A DNA stretch of 64,000 nt, filler included, from Asterionella formosa (GCA_002256025.1; 5 parts of 5 records of this genome joined end to end with filler, not necessarily neighbours in it), one strand, 5' to 3'. Numbered from the whole stretch's first letter, positions 11,408 to 22,399 are shown. Notes: generated from the letters alone by a model not told the origin. Made by a program: numbers and translations.

Positions 11408-13000
11408 ATGAACACAAATCGAATTGATTCACCCATCTATGACGATAAGGACTACGACTCCGATCACCTTTCGTGGGCACAGCAAAGTGGCGATTCTACT
11501 GCCGGCTTCAACAATTCAGATTCAAGTCATAGTAGCGATCATAGTAGTAGCAGCAGCAGCAGCAGCAGTGATTGCGAATCTGATCATTCAGATTCTGAAA
11601 GTGAAGATGGGTTTTTTGCAATCGGATTTGCTGGACTTCGGCGTAGGTTGTCCAAAACAAAGCAGCAGGATGCTGATTCACAGTGCAATGACAATTGCAA
11701 GAGCGAAGAAACAGCCGATAGCAAATATACACGGCGAAAGCGACCTGGATCGGGCATGTTATTTTTGAACCGTTATCATGAGCGGTACTCAGCAGCAACC
11801 ATTTCGAGCATGGCTCTTATTTCATGCTTTGTGATATGGCTTTTTGTCAAAGTATTGTCCATAAACACTGGGTTAGATAAACGGATGGCAGTGAGCCAAA
11901 ACGGGCATCTCGCACCAGAGCAGAAGTATCGATTGAGAAAACAACAGCGAGAGGACGCTGAACGAGCTTTAGGGTCTGCAGCTGTAATATCTCCCAAGAA
12001 AATCCGCCACAGTGGTTGGTCAACGAATCACGAAGGAAGCAGAAAGACGAAGGTCAGTAATAGCAAAGAGTCTTTGTCCCTTGGGTGCGTTCCCTCTGAT
12101 TGGCACAAGTTCTCCTTCCCAAATTGCAACTTGTTGCATGAGATTGATTTAGGCGAAATAATTTTAGGGAACACACACAAAACTTCAGTGCATGTTGGAA
12201 GTGGTTTGTGGCGGGATGTTTTCAAGGTGACTGACAATGTCGGAGCAGTTGGTGTCCTAAAAATAATGAAGGGCGAACATGAGGTTGATTCTCGAAACTT
12301 TGATCGTCATCGTCGTGACGCATTGGTAATGGAGCGACTCGCAGCTTCTCCTTACATTGTATCAATGTTCGGCTTTTGTGGCAATTCTGTTCTCACTGAA
12401 TTTGTAGGAAAAGGACTTGATATTGTCTTACATGACAATTCAACGAACTTTCCTTCAAGGAATTCTCCTATGCACCGCCTGAAACTTTCGATCGATATTG
12501 CGAAAAGTATTGAGGTTCTTCATGGGATCGACGGTGGACCGATTGTTCACACAGATTTACAATCCGAGCAATTTCTTGTCGACGAAACCGGAAGGGTTAA
12601 ATTGAATGATTTCAATCGCTGTCGATTTGTTGCGCATAAAAATAAGACTGGCGAAGCGTGTCCCTTCCGAATTCCAACTGCTCCTGGCGAATACAGATCC
12701 CCCGAAGAGTATGAAGACTTAGAATTATCCAACAAGCTAGACATTTATTCTACAGCCAATGTTTTGTATGAAGTATTGACAGGTTACGAACCGTGGCCCA
12801 AAACCACGGTCACCAAGGTCAAGGTCCATGTAACGAAGGGAGACAAACCGCCGATTCCTGACGAGTATTTGTATCCCGGTTCAACAGATGCGGGGCTGGC
12901 CCAACTGATTAATCTTGGATATGAATTTTCACCTGATCATCGGATAAGTGCGGCAGACATGGTCGTTGGACTGGAGAAGCTACTTTTAGAAGCGAATTAA
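11408..13000 (+). CDS. Atypical protein kinase with a single N-terminal TM helix (type II membrane topology)
   Basis: GSGLWRDV, VLK, catalytic loop HTDLQSEQF, NDFN, YRSPEE and DIYS; TM segment ALISCFVIWLFV; Ser/Asp-rich N-terminus. Confidence 0.85.
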   Translation: MNTNRIDSPIYDDKDYDSDHLSWAQQSGDSTAGFNNSDSSHSSDHSSSSSSSSSDCESDHSDSESEDGFFAIGFAGLRRRLSKTKQQDADSQCNDNCKSEETADSKYTRRKRPGSGMLFLNRYHERYSAATISSMALISCFVIWLFVKVLSINTGLDKRMAVSQNGHLAPEQKYRLRKQQREDAERALGSAAVISPKKIRHSGWSTNHEGSRKTKVSNSKESLSLGCVPSDWHKFSFPNCNLLHEIDLGEIILGNTHKTSVHVGSGLWRDVFKVTDNVGAVGVLKIMKGEHEVDSRNFDRHRRDALVMERLAASPYIVSMFGFCGNSVLTEFVGKGLDIVLHDNSTNFPSRNSPMHRLKLSIDIAKSIEVLHGIDGGPIVHTDLQSEQFLVDETGRVKLNDFNRCRFVAHKNKTGEACPFRIPTAPGEYRSPEEYEDLELSNKLDIYSTANVLYEVLTGYEPWPKTTVTKVKVHVTKGDKPPIPDEYLYPGSTDAGLAQLINLGYEFSPDHRISAADMVVGLEKLLLEAN

Positions 13001-14876
13001 TAGTCGACAGGTTTAAGTTCTGCTATCACAGTCTCGCCTTTTTGGGTCACCTCATCTACCGTTGTCTTGTCGGTGTCCAGCCAGTGCTCGGGGAACATGC
13101 CATCGTGCAACGGCAGAAAATCGGCGACTGCAATGTCACCAATATCCAAGACTATCACCTCTCCTGCTTTAATCGGTTTCGTTGCGATTACATCAAAAGA
13201 TATTGTTCGCGCATTTTCGGATATTAGTTGTGACGCACTCATAGCATGACTGTCGAAGTTGGCTACATTCCACATACTCCATTGATATTCGGCATTTGCT
13301 ATTGATGGGTCAGTTGTTTGACTGACGTGAGCGATTAGCGAAATGGGGCACAGTCGAACACGCGAATCGGAATGTCCAAAGCAAGCAGGCCGTATTGGAC
13401 ACGATTCTTTGTCCTTGCTACAGCGAATATCGGCTTGTGTTACGAACAGTGGCATTATTGAAATAGATCTTCCTTTTTTGATTGCCATTCGTGCAGCAAT
13501 TATTCCATCATTATTTCTCTCCACCAAGTCGAGACAACGTCCGTTGAGTTCTAACCAACTCAAAGTTCGATTTCTCATCATTGCGAAACCTACAGATGGA
13601 ACACCATTGGACCTGATACTATCGAGCGTTGCTTTTTGGACAGGCAGAAGCTGTGCTACGGACGGGGCAAACTTAGCTACAACATTTTGCACCATCTTCA
13701 GCGCCCCAGCTAATACATTTTAGAGAAAGGGAGTGAGAAACGAAACATCCAAGGGGGAGAGGATTCATCAGCGCTTAAAAACTTACAGCATTCACCATTT
13801 GGCTGGTTTCCTCTTCGTGGAGTTCCTCTTCGTTGGTTCTTCATTTCTTCCTTGACAATTTCATCAGCTAGTTCGTAGTGCTCTGGCTGTGGAATATTCG
13901 AAAAGAGTTTAGATTGGGAAGTGCTTCCAGGGTGGTCGTTAAACGAGAGAAAAAGCTCATGTCCAGGAAGGATCTCTTTTGATGCTGTCAACTCCGACAT
14001 TCCATCTCCATCGTGCCTCCATATTCCACCGTTCAAGTTGGCAAGCAAAGGATGATGCTTAAGAATCAAACCGAATTCTAGCAGATTCCGGGGCTCCTCG
14101 ACTAACTTGAACGCTAGATTAGACGTCAGAACTGTATCGTTTGTGTTGTAGTGTTTTCCGGCAAACAGGGAAAGTCCTGCTCCAGGAATACTGCGTCGCA
14201 TGTGAGCTGCATAGTAATTTTGGAGGGACGCGAACGTATACCACGCTTACCTCGAATCCGCCAGAAACAAGTTGCATCCAGTCAGCCTATTTTCATGACG
14301 TTCAATATTTCTCTTAAGTTTCTCTTCCATGGCGTATTTCAACTTTTCTAGCTTGGCTCGCTGTGTGTCTCTTTCGGTGACAGATGTTCCACTGCCTCCG
14401 AGCTTGAAGGCAATAAAAAAAAGAAAGGAAAGTACTGACAGAAAGATAGGAATATCCCTGGCCATGTTGCCTTTCCCAAACTTGGTTCGACCTTTTTGCG
14501 GTGGAATCGTGTACCCAATTGTCGAAGGCCGGATGGCTTTGGGTGGCTTTGTGTCCGCCGCAAATGAGACGCTTGATTGTTTCCTGAGCGCTACCACGCC
14601 TTTTTGTTTCACAAGCATATCAGCAGCCGCTAATTTTGATGTTGTTTGCGTGTTGCCCTTTAGAGCCGACGTAAACGTGACAACATCAGAGGCGGGAATT
14701 GGCTTTGGAGCGGACTTCTTGGTGTATTCGATTTCATATCCAAGGGCGGAAGTGAAATCGGCATGCTCCTTCTTTGGCTTGGGTTTTCTCGCGTCGATTA
14801 TATCCTGAGAAACTTCACCACCTAGCGCGGAGGTGTACGGGAGTGGCTTTTCGGGCTCTCCGTTAGATGCAAACAT
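12997..14876 (-). CDS. TM-anchored tandem SET-like domain protein; 3 exons (introns 14191-14250 and 13710 to 13786 or 13795)
   Basis: Spliced sequence reads CNLFLADSSIPGAGLSLFAG..ASKEILPGHELFLSF, with a second half CFGHSDS..NAEYQWS..VIATKPIKAGEVIVLD. TM segment IPIFLSVLSFLFFIAF. Canonical GT-AG junctions restore the frame. Confidence 0.7.
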
Positions 14877-15024
14877 GCTTGGAGGCTGTTCGGTAGACCA
14901 AAATAATGCGGACCTCCATTCGATTTGTACTTATTGCAAAGGATCATGTCAGTTTGTTCCACCGGAATACTGGTAAATGAATCTATCATATGAGGGAGTA
15001 GCCCCCTGTACACAATCTATGTAT

Positions 15025-15124
15025 TACTGGTACCAGGTACCTGGTACCAGTACAGTAGTTACACCAGTTTATTCATTAAAAATATGTTTTCGACTACACG
15101 GTACCAGGGTACCAGGTACCGGTA
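15025..15124. repeat. GGTACC microrepeat cluster including a perfect 28-bp palindrome (15025-15052)
   Basis: tactggtaccaggtacctggtaccagta is its own reverse complement. Confidence 0.85.
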
Positions 15125-15149
15125 ATATGGCAACGACATAGGAACCGAG

Positions 15150-17740
15150 CTCGAGTTACTTACATAGAACCAACGGTCACATCAAGATGGAAGTCAAGAG
15201 TGCAGGTGAGCTCTGCAACTAAGCAGGGAGTGCAGTAATTGGGCTACAGAGAATCGGCAATATGAAATCGAATTTAGTATGGCAGATCACGACGCCTGCA
15301 GGAAGAGCGTACAGACCTACGAAAATAATAATACAAAGGCATGCATACATTGCTCTGGGAGAGATGCAACAAGGCAATGAATAATATACGATTGAAGCAA
15401 GATTGGATTACATTAAAATCAAGAATAACCCAATAACATTGCTCATTGTAATTGAAGAATATGCATGAAATTATCAGGAGAATCAATATTCAATGTTGAT
15501 CATTCTAGATGTGACGAGAATGCTTTTGACTATAAAGCAGAGGGAAGGAGAGAGTCTACAAGATTATAGGAAGAATTTGCTCAAGTGCAACATTGGGGAA
15601 CCTATAATCCTAAACAAGTTTGTCAAAGGCATGGATGGATATGACGAGATGGATACCAAGCTGCTAGATAAATTTTGTGAACAGGCTTTCAGTCAATTCC
15701 TGGTATAGCTACTTATACCTAGACAATGTGGATAAGACCAAATATGGATCAAATCTGACTGGGCTTAGTACTCAACAGTTTCTTGGCAATGATCAATAAC
15801 TAAAGAGTATCAACAAATGAAACAATGTTCCCAGTAATCACTGATTCAATGTAACAACTAAGCCTGGCAGATTGTAAGAATCCAGGGGATCATAATAAAG
15901 GTGGGGATCAAAAAGATGCAGGGAAGGAAGACAACAAAGATGTGAACTTGTCGTTTGCACAACTAGAAGGAAAATGTTACTGCTATGGAAAAGTGGGACA
16001 CAAAGCATCATCATGTCATGAGAAGAATAGACCCAAAGAGGAATGGGCAAACAACAAAGCTAAACAAAGCCATGCACAGGCACAGGCTAGGACATCAGAC
16101 AAAATCATGGTTACCTCTTTCACTTCCAAACCCGTATCATGACAACAAGCAAATGTCAATCAATTTGGATGGGTGTGGGCTCATTTCAAACTGCAATTTT
16201 ATCAAGCATTTGAGAGGTGCAACTGGATAGTACTCTTAGACAATCAATCAAGTGTAACAGTCTTTTGCAATCCAAACATGGTCAAGAACATTCAAGTTTC
16301 TACCAGCAGAAGCATGCACCTTGCCACAAATGGTGGATCTATGATTACCTATACGAAGACTGATCTTCCACAATGGGTGAAGTTTGGTTTAACAACAAGG
16401 CTATTACAAACATCTTCAGCTATGCCAAAATTGCTGACAGGTACAGGATCACCTATGACTCTGAAAAGGAAGATGCATTCATTGTTTATTTGCCAAACAA
16501 ATCTATTTTATTTGAAAGAGTCAGAATGAATCTATATGTATTCAAGCCTCTCATCTCTGTGAAGGCTGAAAATTCCCTCATGTTGAAATGAAAAAAATGT
16601 TGTAAACACAACGTCAATTTGAGAGAGCCAAGCAAGTTTGTGACCTATATTAGCCACGCTTTGTGCACACCATCAATTAATGACTTCAAGGTAAAACTTT
16701 GTATGAATATGATTAATAACAATCCTGTGACTACCAATAATATCAAGATTTCCAAGAAAGGTTTTGGACCTGACATTGGCACGCACACTAAAAGGCAAGA
16801 CAACTAGTTGCAAGTTGCTGCCATTAGTAAATGGCTATATCGAAATTCTTTAGGAGCATATTAAAGCACAACAAGGTGAAGTTGCTCTTTGCATGGATGG
16901 AATGAAAGTGAATGGACGATCCTTTCTCACCACAATTTCGCAATACATTATGTATAGGACAGCGCAATGGGTCCAGAATCAAACAGCAGACGTCTATCAA
17001 GATGCTTTTACTCAGGTATTCCGTGTTTACAATACTGGTGGACTTAGAATTACAAGGATACACTGCGACAACGAGTTTGTCCTTTGATGGAAACACTTGC
17101 CAATGAATTTCAAGGCATTATGAATTAGGCCAACTCACAAGAACATGTTCCTGATGCGGAATGCAATTAAGAAACGTGTCTGCGCAAGCTATCATCAATT
17201 GCCCTGTAAGCATTTGCCACGGCTGATGGTTAATATTTTATTTACCAAATCTGCAAAGAAAATAAATTTCTTTCCAGCAAAGAACAGGATATCCCCATAT
17301 TACACTCCATGTATAATCCTACATCAATGAAACTTGAATTATGCATGGCATTGCCAATATTCATTTGGTGCTTATGTCCCAAGCACACAAAATGCACCAC
17401 TCAGCTTATATTGCAATTAGCTATGCTACAACGAAAATGTGCAAGGAGATCATGAGTTACTACACCTCCCAACGAATTCACTGATCAATACTCAAGATGT
17501 ACAGTTACCCCAATACCTTACTCCAGCAATCATAAATCAAGAACACCCTTGCTGAGCAGCAGAAGATTCCAGATGGTATTAAGATATAAAATCAAAAGTG
17601 ACAACAAATTTTGATAGTGCTTGGATTGCAGGAGTGGACTACGACAACAAAGCATTTGAAGATGCACAAGACAAAGATTATAACTATCAACAACAAGAGT
17701 AATGATGCAATATTCCATACATGGGCTGTATAAAGACAAT
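15150..17740 (+). mobile_element. Degraded Ty1/copia (diatom CoDi-like) retrotransposon relic covering gag, zinc knuckle, protease and integrase
   Basis: Fragments KQREGESLQDY, CYCYGKVGHKASSC (zinc knuckle), LLDNQSSVTVFCN (protease), MDGMKVNG..FLTTIS, IHCDNEF (integrase) and WIAGVDY, broken by many stops and frameshifts. Boundaries approximate. Confidence 0.85.
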
Positions 17741-17767
17741 GTATCATACTGTAGGGACGAAATTGAA

Positions 17768-17820
17768 GTACCAGGTACCTAGTAAAGTATCAGGTAGGCT
17801 ACCAGGTACCAGGTACCATG
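17768..17820. repeat. GGTACC microrepeat cluster
   Basis: gtaccaggtacc ... taccaggtaccaggtacc. Confidence 0.75.
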
Positions 17821-18091
17821 TAATTGTGTGGGGCACTCGGTACTCATGTGTAGGGGTGCTCTCCACATACTGCTTGGACGGAATTAAATCATAGATAGGG
17901 GTAAGGATCGAAGGACATAAAGACTGCAATAACATTTGCTCTGAGAATATCCCATTTCACCTAGCTGCATACTATGTCGAAATCTTGTAGCCAGTCAAGA
18001 CTCTAAAAATTCCGATGAGTTGCATGAATTCAAGTACCGGTAGAAATGCAGTTTGAAGCAAGGTGGGTGGCCAAGCTTCTTTGCCGACTTT

Positions 18092-18859
18092 CTACAACTG
18101 GCCTGCAGGTTGGACAGCTGACCGCTGTGTCTTTCTCGATGCAAAACCAGGCAATGTTCTCACTTCAGGTACTTCCTGGTTGGAATCTTCGGGATAAATA
18201 GTTAGGGTCTTTTGTCCAGCTTCATTTATCACGTGAATCCGTACAAATCCCCCCGATGATCCATCTCTATTCATTGCCAATTGTACAGCATTTATCACGA
18301 ACTGAACCCCTTCGTCTTCTGACATGTCTGGTCTGAAGGAATTGTCAATGTGCCCAAGAATGAATGTAGATCCAGACCCGCTTACGGCAAACCCTTCTTC
18401 TTCTATCAAAGATCCACTTGCAGAAATAGAATAAATCTTCCCTGTGTCCTTCTCTCGATCATATCCCGCACATATCAAACTTGCTGAGAATTCTTGAGAG
18501 TTTTCGATCATCAGGGACCTCAACAGTGAAGAAATTTGAGTAAGCGTAGGTCGGATTTGATATCGATAGTCCCGCGCCTGGAGTTCCCACTTGAGTTGAT
18601 CTGCTAAAAATTGAGTATCTGCAGCTGAACCACTTCGGCAAATCACTGCTTGGTCCAGAATCGGAGCAATTTTGTAAGCAAATCGATTGGACACGTAGCC
18701 TGACACAGATGTTCGGGTATCAGCTCCCACCACTACCCCGCTTTTGTACGTTATGGCCAAAAGCGTTGTTCCCAAATCAATCTCCGGCGCAGCTAATATC
18801 GACGGAGTATTGAGTATTACGAATGCAGAAGTAATGATCGTAGTCAATCGTTGAATCAT
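18092..18859 (-). CDS. PSMB6: 20S proteasome subunit beta1 (PSMB6/Pre3 type) with a signal-peptide-like N-terminus
   Basis: DLG|TTLLA processing site, GVVVGADTRTS, CRSGSAADTQ, SGSGSTFI and RDGSSGG. Confidence 0.88.
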   Translation of the reverse strand: MIQRLTTIITSAFVILNTPSILAAPEIDLGTTLLAITYKSGVVVGADTRTSVSGYVSNRFAYKIAPILDQAVICRSGSAADTQFLADQLKWELQARDYRYQIRPTLTQISSLLRSLMIENSQEFSASLICAGYDREKDTGKIYSISASGSLIEEEGFAVSGSGSTFILGHIDNSFRPDMSEDEGVQFVINAVQLAMNRDGSSGGFVRIHVINEAGQKTLTIYPEDSNQEVPEVRTLPGFASRKTQRSAVQPAGQL

Positions 18860-18939
18860 GATGATGGGATTGTGTTCGGAGGAGCACGTGTTCGTTGGCG
18901 GGGTATGGTCAACAAGGATGTCGGTAATGATTATAGGCT

Positions 18940-19051
18940 ACTGGTACCTGGTCCCAGGGTCCTGGTACATCAAAGTTTGCCAAACCCGTTCTGGGTGGGG
19001 TATCTGACAGATGTGTAGGTGCTGGTACCTAGTACCCTGGTACCAGTACCA
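18940..19051. repeat. GGTACC microrepeat cluster upstream of the proteasome gene
   Basis: ctggtacctggtcccagggtcctggtac ... ggtacctagtaccctggtaccagtacc. Confidence 0.75.
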
Positions 19052-19297
19052 GCACGTTGCGGAAATTTTGCTAAATTAACGATTTAGCTTTCTTTATCCT
19101 AGATTAAATTATCTATTTAATTCAGCAAAATGATCGCAACTTGTTCTATATATGTACGAAGGGACCATATCAACGCACATTCCTATCGGACGAATCACTA
19201 CCGGTAGATATATATATTAAAAGCTAGCTGGTGGTGGGACAATAAAAAATCTTTACTAATCACAGATTAAATACATGAATCTGTTGCTGATCGGTAT

Positions 19298-19381
19298 CTC
19301 GTGATAGCTCAGTTGGTAGAGCGGTGGACTGTAGAGGGCATTGATATCCATCGGTCACTGGTTCGATTCCGGTTCGCGAGA
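19298..19381 (+). tRNA. tRNA-Tyr(GTA) with an 11-nt intron (19335-19345)
   Basis: Acceptor stem CTCGTGA/TCGCGAG with C1:G72, D-arm tagctcagttggtagagc, anticodon GTA and T-loop GTTCGATTC. The mature tRNA is 73 nt and is followed by TTTT. Confidence 0.95.
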
Positions 19382-19478
19382 TGCTTTTGCACGTTGACAT
19401 ACCGTGATCGTTTATTTTTCGATCGGTCATTCAATAAAAATAAGTTTATGTAATAAAACTTATGGCATTCTGGTATGC

Positions 19479-19562
19479 CTCGTGATAGCTCAGTTGGTAG
19501 AGCGGTGGACTGTAGAGGACACTGATATCCATCGGTCACTGGTTCGATTCCGGTTCGCGAGA
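19479..19562 (+). tRNA. tRNA-Tyr(GTA) with an 11-nt intron, second tandem copy
   Basis: Mature sequence identical to the first copy; intron is aggacactgat; TTTTT lies downstream. Confidence 0.95.
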
Positions 19563-20279
19563 TGTCATCAAACGTTTTTGTCAGCTAGACTAGTACGATA
19601 TGTGTTTTATGTGACACACAACAATAATCATGGTCAACAACATTTTTGTAGTGATATTTTTAAATCTTTTTCTATTTTAATTTTTATTGTACTATCATCA
19701 GAAAAAATTGAATCTTTACCCAGATGCAAAAGAAATCACAAATTTATCTCAGTAATGGCAAAACAGTTTGCCTTTTTTGTGTCTGCTGTGCAAACAAGTG
19801 CATCAGTGGTAGTTTCGCCCCAATCATTGATAATCAAGTCATCATCACTAGACTTGATGAAGCTATGTTGTACACGCCTTGAGTATTTAGACCATATTAA
19901 TACATTTGTCAAAATTAGAAATATACACAGTAGATTACTGAATTAGCTTTTTTGGTGTTATAATACAAATGGTCTGTTGGATATCTGCTATCATTGGGAT
20001 TGCATGACGATCATGCAAGAAAAATGTCCCCCGTGTGCCGTATTTATTATTGAGCAAACAGGCATCAGAAGGGAAAAACAAAAGAACGAAAAATGCCGGT
20101 AGACCAGCATGTATAGCAGCACACCATACTAACTACCGGTAAAAGAAGTACTACCACCTGTACCATACAATAATGTTTGAAATTCGTTGACCCGCGTGAA
20201 CCGATTGAATAGTGTCCACTATGACATCGTTTGCCATGAGACATCTGGGAACGAAGTATTCACCGACCCACTGAGAGAA

Positions 20280-21305
20280 ATGATGAAATCTGATGACTCA
20301 AGGCATGACGCCCGTGGGGTGGAAGAACGACCAGCGGAAACATCAATCACGGAGCAAAGTGTTGAAACAAGTTCCGAGCTGGAACCAGATTCGCTCAGGC
20401 GAGCAACTGTGGGTAAATCGACGCCGACGTACATCATGGCATCGAACCTACTGTTCCTGACTGGTAGTTTACTCTTCCTTTGGATTGCCCTTTGGGAATG
20501 GATTGGAAGTGACGAGGCCTCTAGCGACAATTCTGTCATCAAAGAAGACGATGTAACTCCCGCCGACATTCTGGAATGGGACAGTATGGATATGCTCGCA
20601 GCGACAGCTCCGTTTATGTTTTTGATGAACTCATGCGTAGACATTATGTACGCCTTCCAGGTCCTGCGGACCGACTTTCAGCCTTGTCGGTTTGGGGACG
20701 ATCCGAGATGGGAGATTGGCGTCGCTGTCCTCTTTGGAATGGCGGCAACTTGCGATTTTCTTTCCGCTGTCATTCATGTTGATGAGAAAACATTGGCACA
20801 CTATTTACCCAGCTCACTTGCCGCTCATTTCTATGTGATAATGGCAATTTTTGCTCTATGGGGGCGCGATATTCCAGATCAGACAGCCTCCATGAGATTG
20901 TACCAAGCAGCAGATGCCCTCTTTCTGTTGGGATCACTGATTGATGTTTCTCTCAGCTATTTCAGAACATCGAGTACCACTTCTGAGATGCAGCTGGTCC
21001 TCGAGCGATGGTCTGTTGCTTCGGCATCGCTTTGGGTTGTCAACTCAATTTTATACATACTGGCAGATACATACCTACAAAGGTCACAGCAGGCCATGGT
21101 AGACGTAGATCTTGCCGAAGACCAACCGCGTAGTGGGGAGGACGCACCAAATGTAAACTTGCTCCAAATCCGTGCCACGCCAAAGATGTCTTTAGATTCT
21201 CAGTCGTCTTCTCACTTTGATGAGGCGAGGTCGAGGATCGATTCCAACGATGACGATTTTGATTTCGAGGACGCCCGTGAATCCTTTTGCGACGAACATG
21301 TTTGA
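20280..21305 (+). CDS. Multi-pass membrane protein of unknown function (YrhK-like repeats possible)
   Basis: About 6 hydrophobic helices, with repeated LFLTGSL / LFLLGSL and LMNSCV / VVNSIL motifs; acidic tail. First ATG is at 20280. Confidence 0.75.
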   Translation: MMKSDDSRHDARGVEERPAETSITEQSVETSSELEPDSLRRATVGKSTPTYIMASNLLFLTGSLLFLWIALWEWIGSDEASSDNSVIKEDDVTPADILEWDSMDMLAATAPFMFLMNSCVDIMYAFQVLRTDFQPCRFGDDPRWEIGVAVLFGMAATCDFLSAVIHVDEKTLAHYLPSSLAAHFYVIMAIFALWGRDIPDQTASMRLYQAADALFLLGSLIDVSLSYFRTSSTTSEMQLVLERWSVASASLWVVNSILYILADTYLQRSQQAMVDVDLAEDQPRSGEDAPNVNLLQIRATPKMSLDSQSSSHFDEARSRIDSNDDDFDFEDARESFCDEHV

Positions 21306-21335
21306 TTCTAGTGACAAAAATATATTATGTCTACT

Positions 21336-22289
21336 TTATAGAATGTAGTGGAAGAATCTAGAGGCGCTGTGACCATTTTGTGCTTTCATACGATCAGCGA
21401 TCTCGTCACGTGCCAACCAGGCGTAGTCGTCAAACCCAGCTCCAAGAGTGGCATCAAACTCATCATGCTGAACTTTCATGAAGAAAGTTTTGGTTCCATA
21501 GAATCCCACCTTAGCACGTTCTGCCTCTGGAACAATGTGCATGTCGACCGCCATGGGACAGTTAGAGACATAGTAGATATCCATTTCCTCACCTACACTC
21601 ATGAGCACTGCCCTTTTGGCTGCGTCCGAAAAAGTCTCGTCTCCGGCTAGAGTCACCGTTGGGAAGATCCACTTGCCATTCTTTTGTGCTAAAAAATAAA
21701 CACGTTCTGCGAGTCGACGTTTCATCGTCTTAACCTCCCCATTCGTATCTGCTTCGGTGATACGCGGCCCTGGTTTATAACCTTCTGGCAGTTGAGCAAT
21801 CATCTGCTCGTCGGTAAGATATTCCCCCATGGCAAAACGTTCTCCAAGATTGAGCTCCTTCGGGTAGTCCTTTCCAAAGCTATCTAAGTAGCTCCTGAGG
21901 TCCTCCCAGTCCCGTGCCCACTGCGGCATGTGAGGAGTCACAATAGGAAGGCGCTCAATGATCAGTGCACAATCAATTTGCCATTCCATACCGGCCTGCC
22001 GAGCCCGGCGTTCCTGAATGTGATTCCAAATCTTTTTCTTTGAAAACCATGAATCGAAGAGCTTCCTCTTGGCCCCCACATCGCGACCGTCTCGACGAGT
22101 CTTTACCCTCTCCGCGTTTTCTTGGCGAGCAAGGAAGAGCTCTCGGCGTCGCTCCTTATCAGCCTTCTTTTCATCGGCGTAGGACGAAGCAGCAAACGAT
22201 CTAGAGGCAATCAGGTCACTGGAGGCCACTGCTGGCACTTGCCGTGATAATTGGATGCGAAGAGCCGTGACTGCCGCTGACGACATCAT
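21336..22289 (-). CDS. MRPL46: Mitochondrial large-subunit ribosomal protein mL46
   Basis: Mitochondrial-like presequence; IIERLPIVT, PRITEAD..KTMKRRL..VYFL, WIFP, KTFFMK and DYAWL. Confidence 0.85.
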   Translation of the reverse strand: MMSSAAVTALRIQLSRQVPAVASSDLIASRSFAASSYADEKKADKERRRELFLARQENAERVKTRRDGRDVGAKRKLFDSWFSKKKIWNHIQERRARQAGMEWQIDCALIIERLPIVTPHMPQWARDWEDLRSYLDSFGKDYPKELNLGERFAMGEYLTDEQMIAQLPEGYKPGPRITEADTNGEVKTMKRRLAERVYFLAQKNGKWIFPTVTLAGDETFSDAAKRAVLMSVGEEMDIYYVSNCPMAVDMHIVPEAERAKVGFYGTKTFFMKVQHDEFDATLGAGFDDYAWLARDEIADRMKAQNGHSASRFFHYIL

Positions 22290-22399
22290 GGTAGCTGGCT
22301 GTTGCAGTGTATGGGAGGAATCAATGGAGGAAATGAAAATACTGGTAATAAATTATCATTTACCCGGGTGGTGATTCCCTGTTTTTAGGTAACCAGCGA

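Noticed and set aside
19404..19946. 180-aa ORF
   Set aside because: It overlaps tRNA-Tyr and AT-rich non-coding DNA and has no protein motifs.
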